Shown: positions 63,736-64,000 of the stretch, in pieces
How positions within the stretch are numbered: position 1 is the first letter of the stretch
How the letters are laid out: each line of letters starts with the position of its first letter
Assembly: GCA_950097015.1 (NCBI GenBank)
Contig: CATNEN010000025.1
Coordinates: 6,076,001 to 6,140,000, forward strand
Direction of reading: 5' to 3'
DNA from: Macrostomum hystrix
Taxonomy: Eukaryota; Animalia; Platyhelminthes
DNA: 64,000 bases
Program-made: the position numbers and the translations under genes
The notes under the pieces: model-generated
The model's database searches: none
What the model was told of the DNA's origin: nothing
Seen by the model: the letters and a program-made list of their open reading frames with translations, nothing else

Positions 63736-64000
63736 ACCAGCATCACCCATCTCGTTTACGCTAAGGGAACAAAACCCCGTATCAATGTATACTTACGGGC
63801 AACACCCCATCCCAATGTTAACTCATTTATTTATGTACACCCCTCCCAAGGACAATGCTTTACAGCTTTAAATTAAATACGTTGTAGTATTTATCTATGC
63901 GTCTTGTTTCTTTCCTCTGCCTTGCAATAAAGGTTGCAATTACAGAATTTCTGTAATAAACAGTGCTTCGCAGTATTGCTTCGCCAGCCAGTGTGTTTAA

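Overview
Eukaryotic (animal) genomic DNA with GT-AG introns, poly-Gln/poly-Ala-rich exons and many intronic minisatellites. The style suggests a free-living flatworm such as Macrostomum, which is an inference only. I reconstructed spliced genes by hand from splice sites, phase and motif recall, without database searches. Four genes are supported: (1) a minus-strand ~1243-aa gene (4271-10290) joining a CECR2/RSF1-type DDT-WHIM module to BCL9/Legless-like HD2/HD3 motifs; (2) a plus-strand hnRNP A/B protein (27035-28433); (3) a minus-strand NPAT/Mxc-like gene that carries a C2H2 zinc finger (30165-35899); (4) minus-strand MYCBPAP (37394-57376), with four candidate first exons, each beside an RFX X-box-like motif, and one GC-AG intron. 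An uncharacterised plus-strand ORF lies at 61526-62257. Mobile DNA includes an internally deleted Buster-type hAT element, two copies of a hAT MITE carrying an expandable 17-bp minisatellite (all three with exact 8-bp TSDs), a paired long-TIR MITE and two tRNA-derived SINE families. More than a dozen tandem arrays account for most long ORFs in the supplied track. No rRNA, intact tRNA or CRISPR array was seen.
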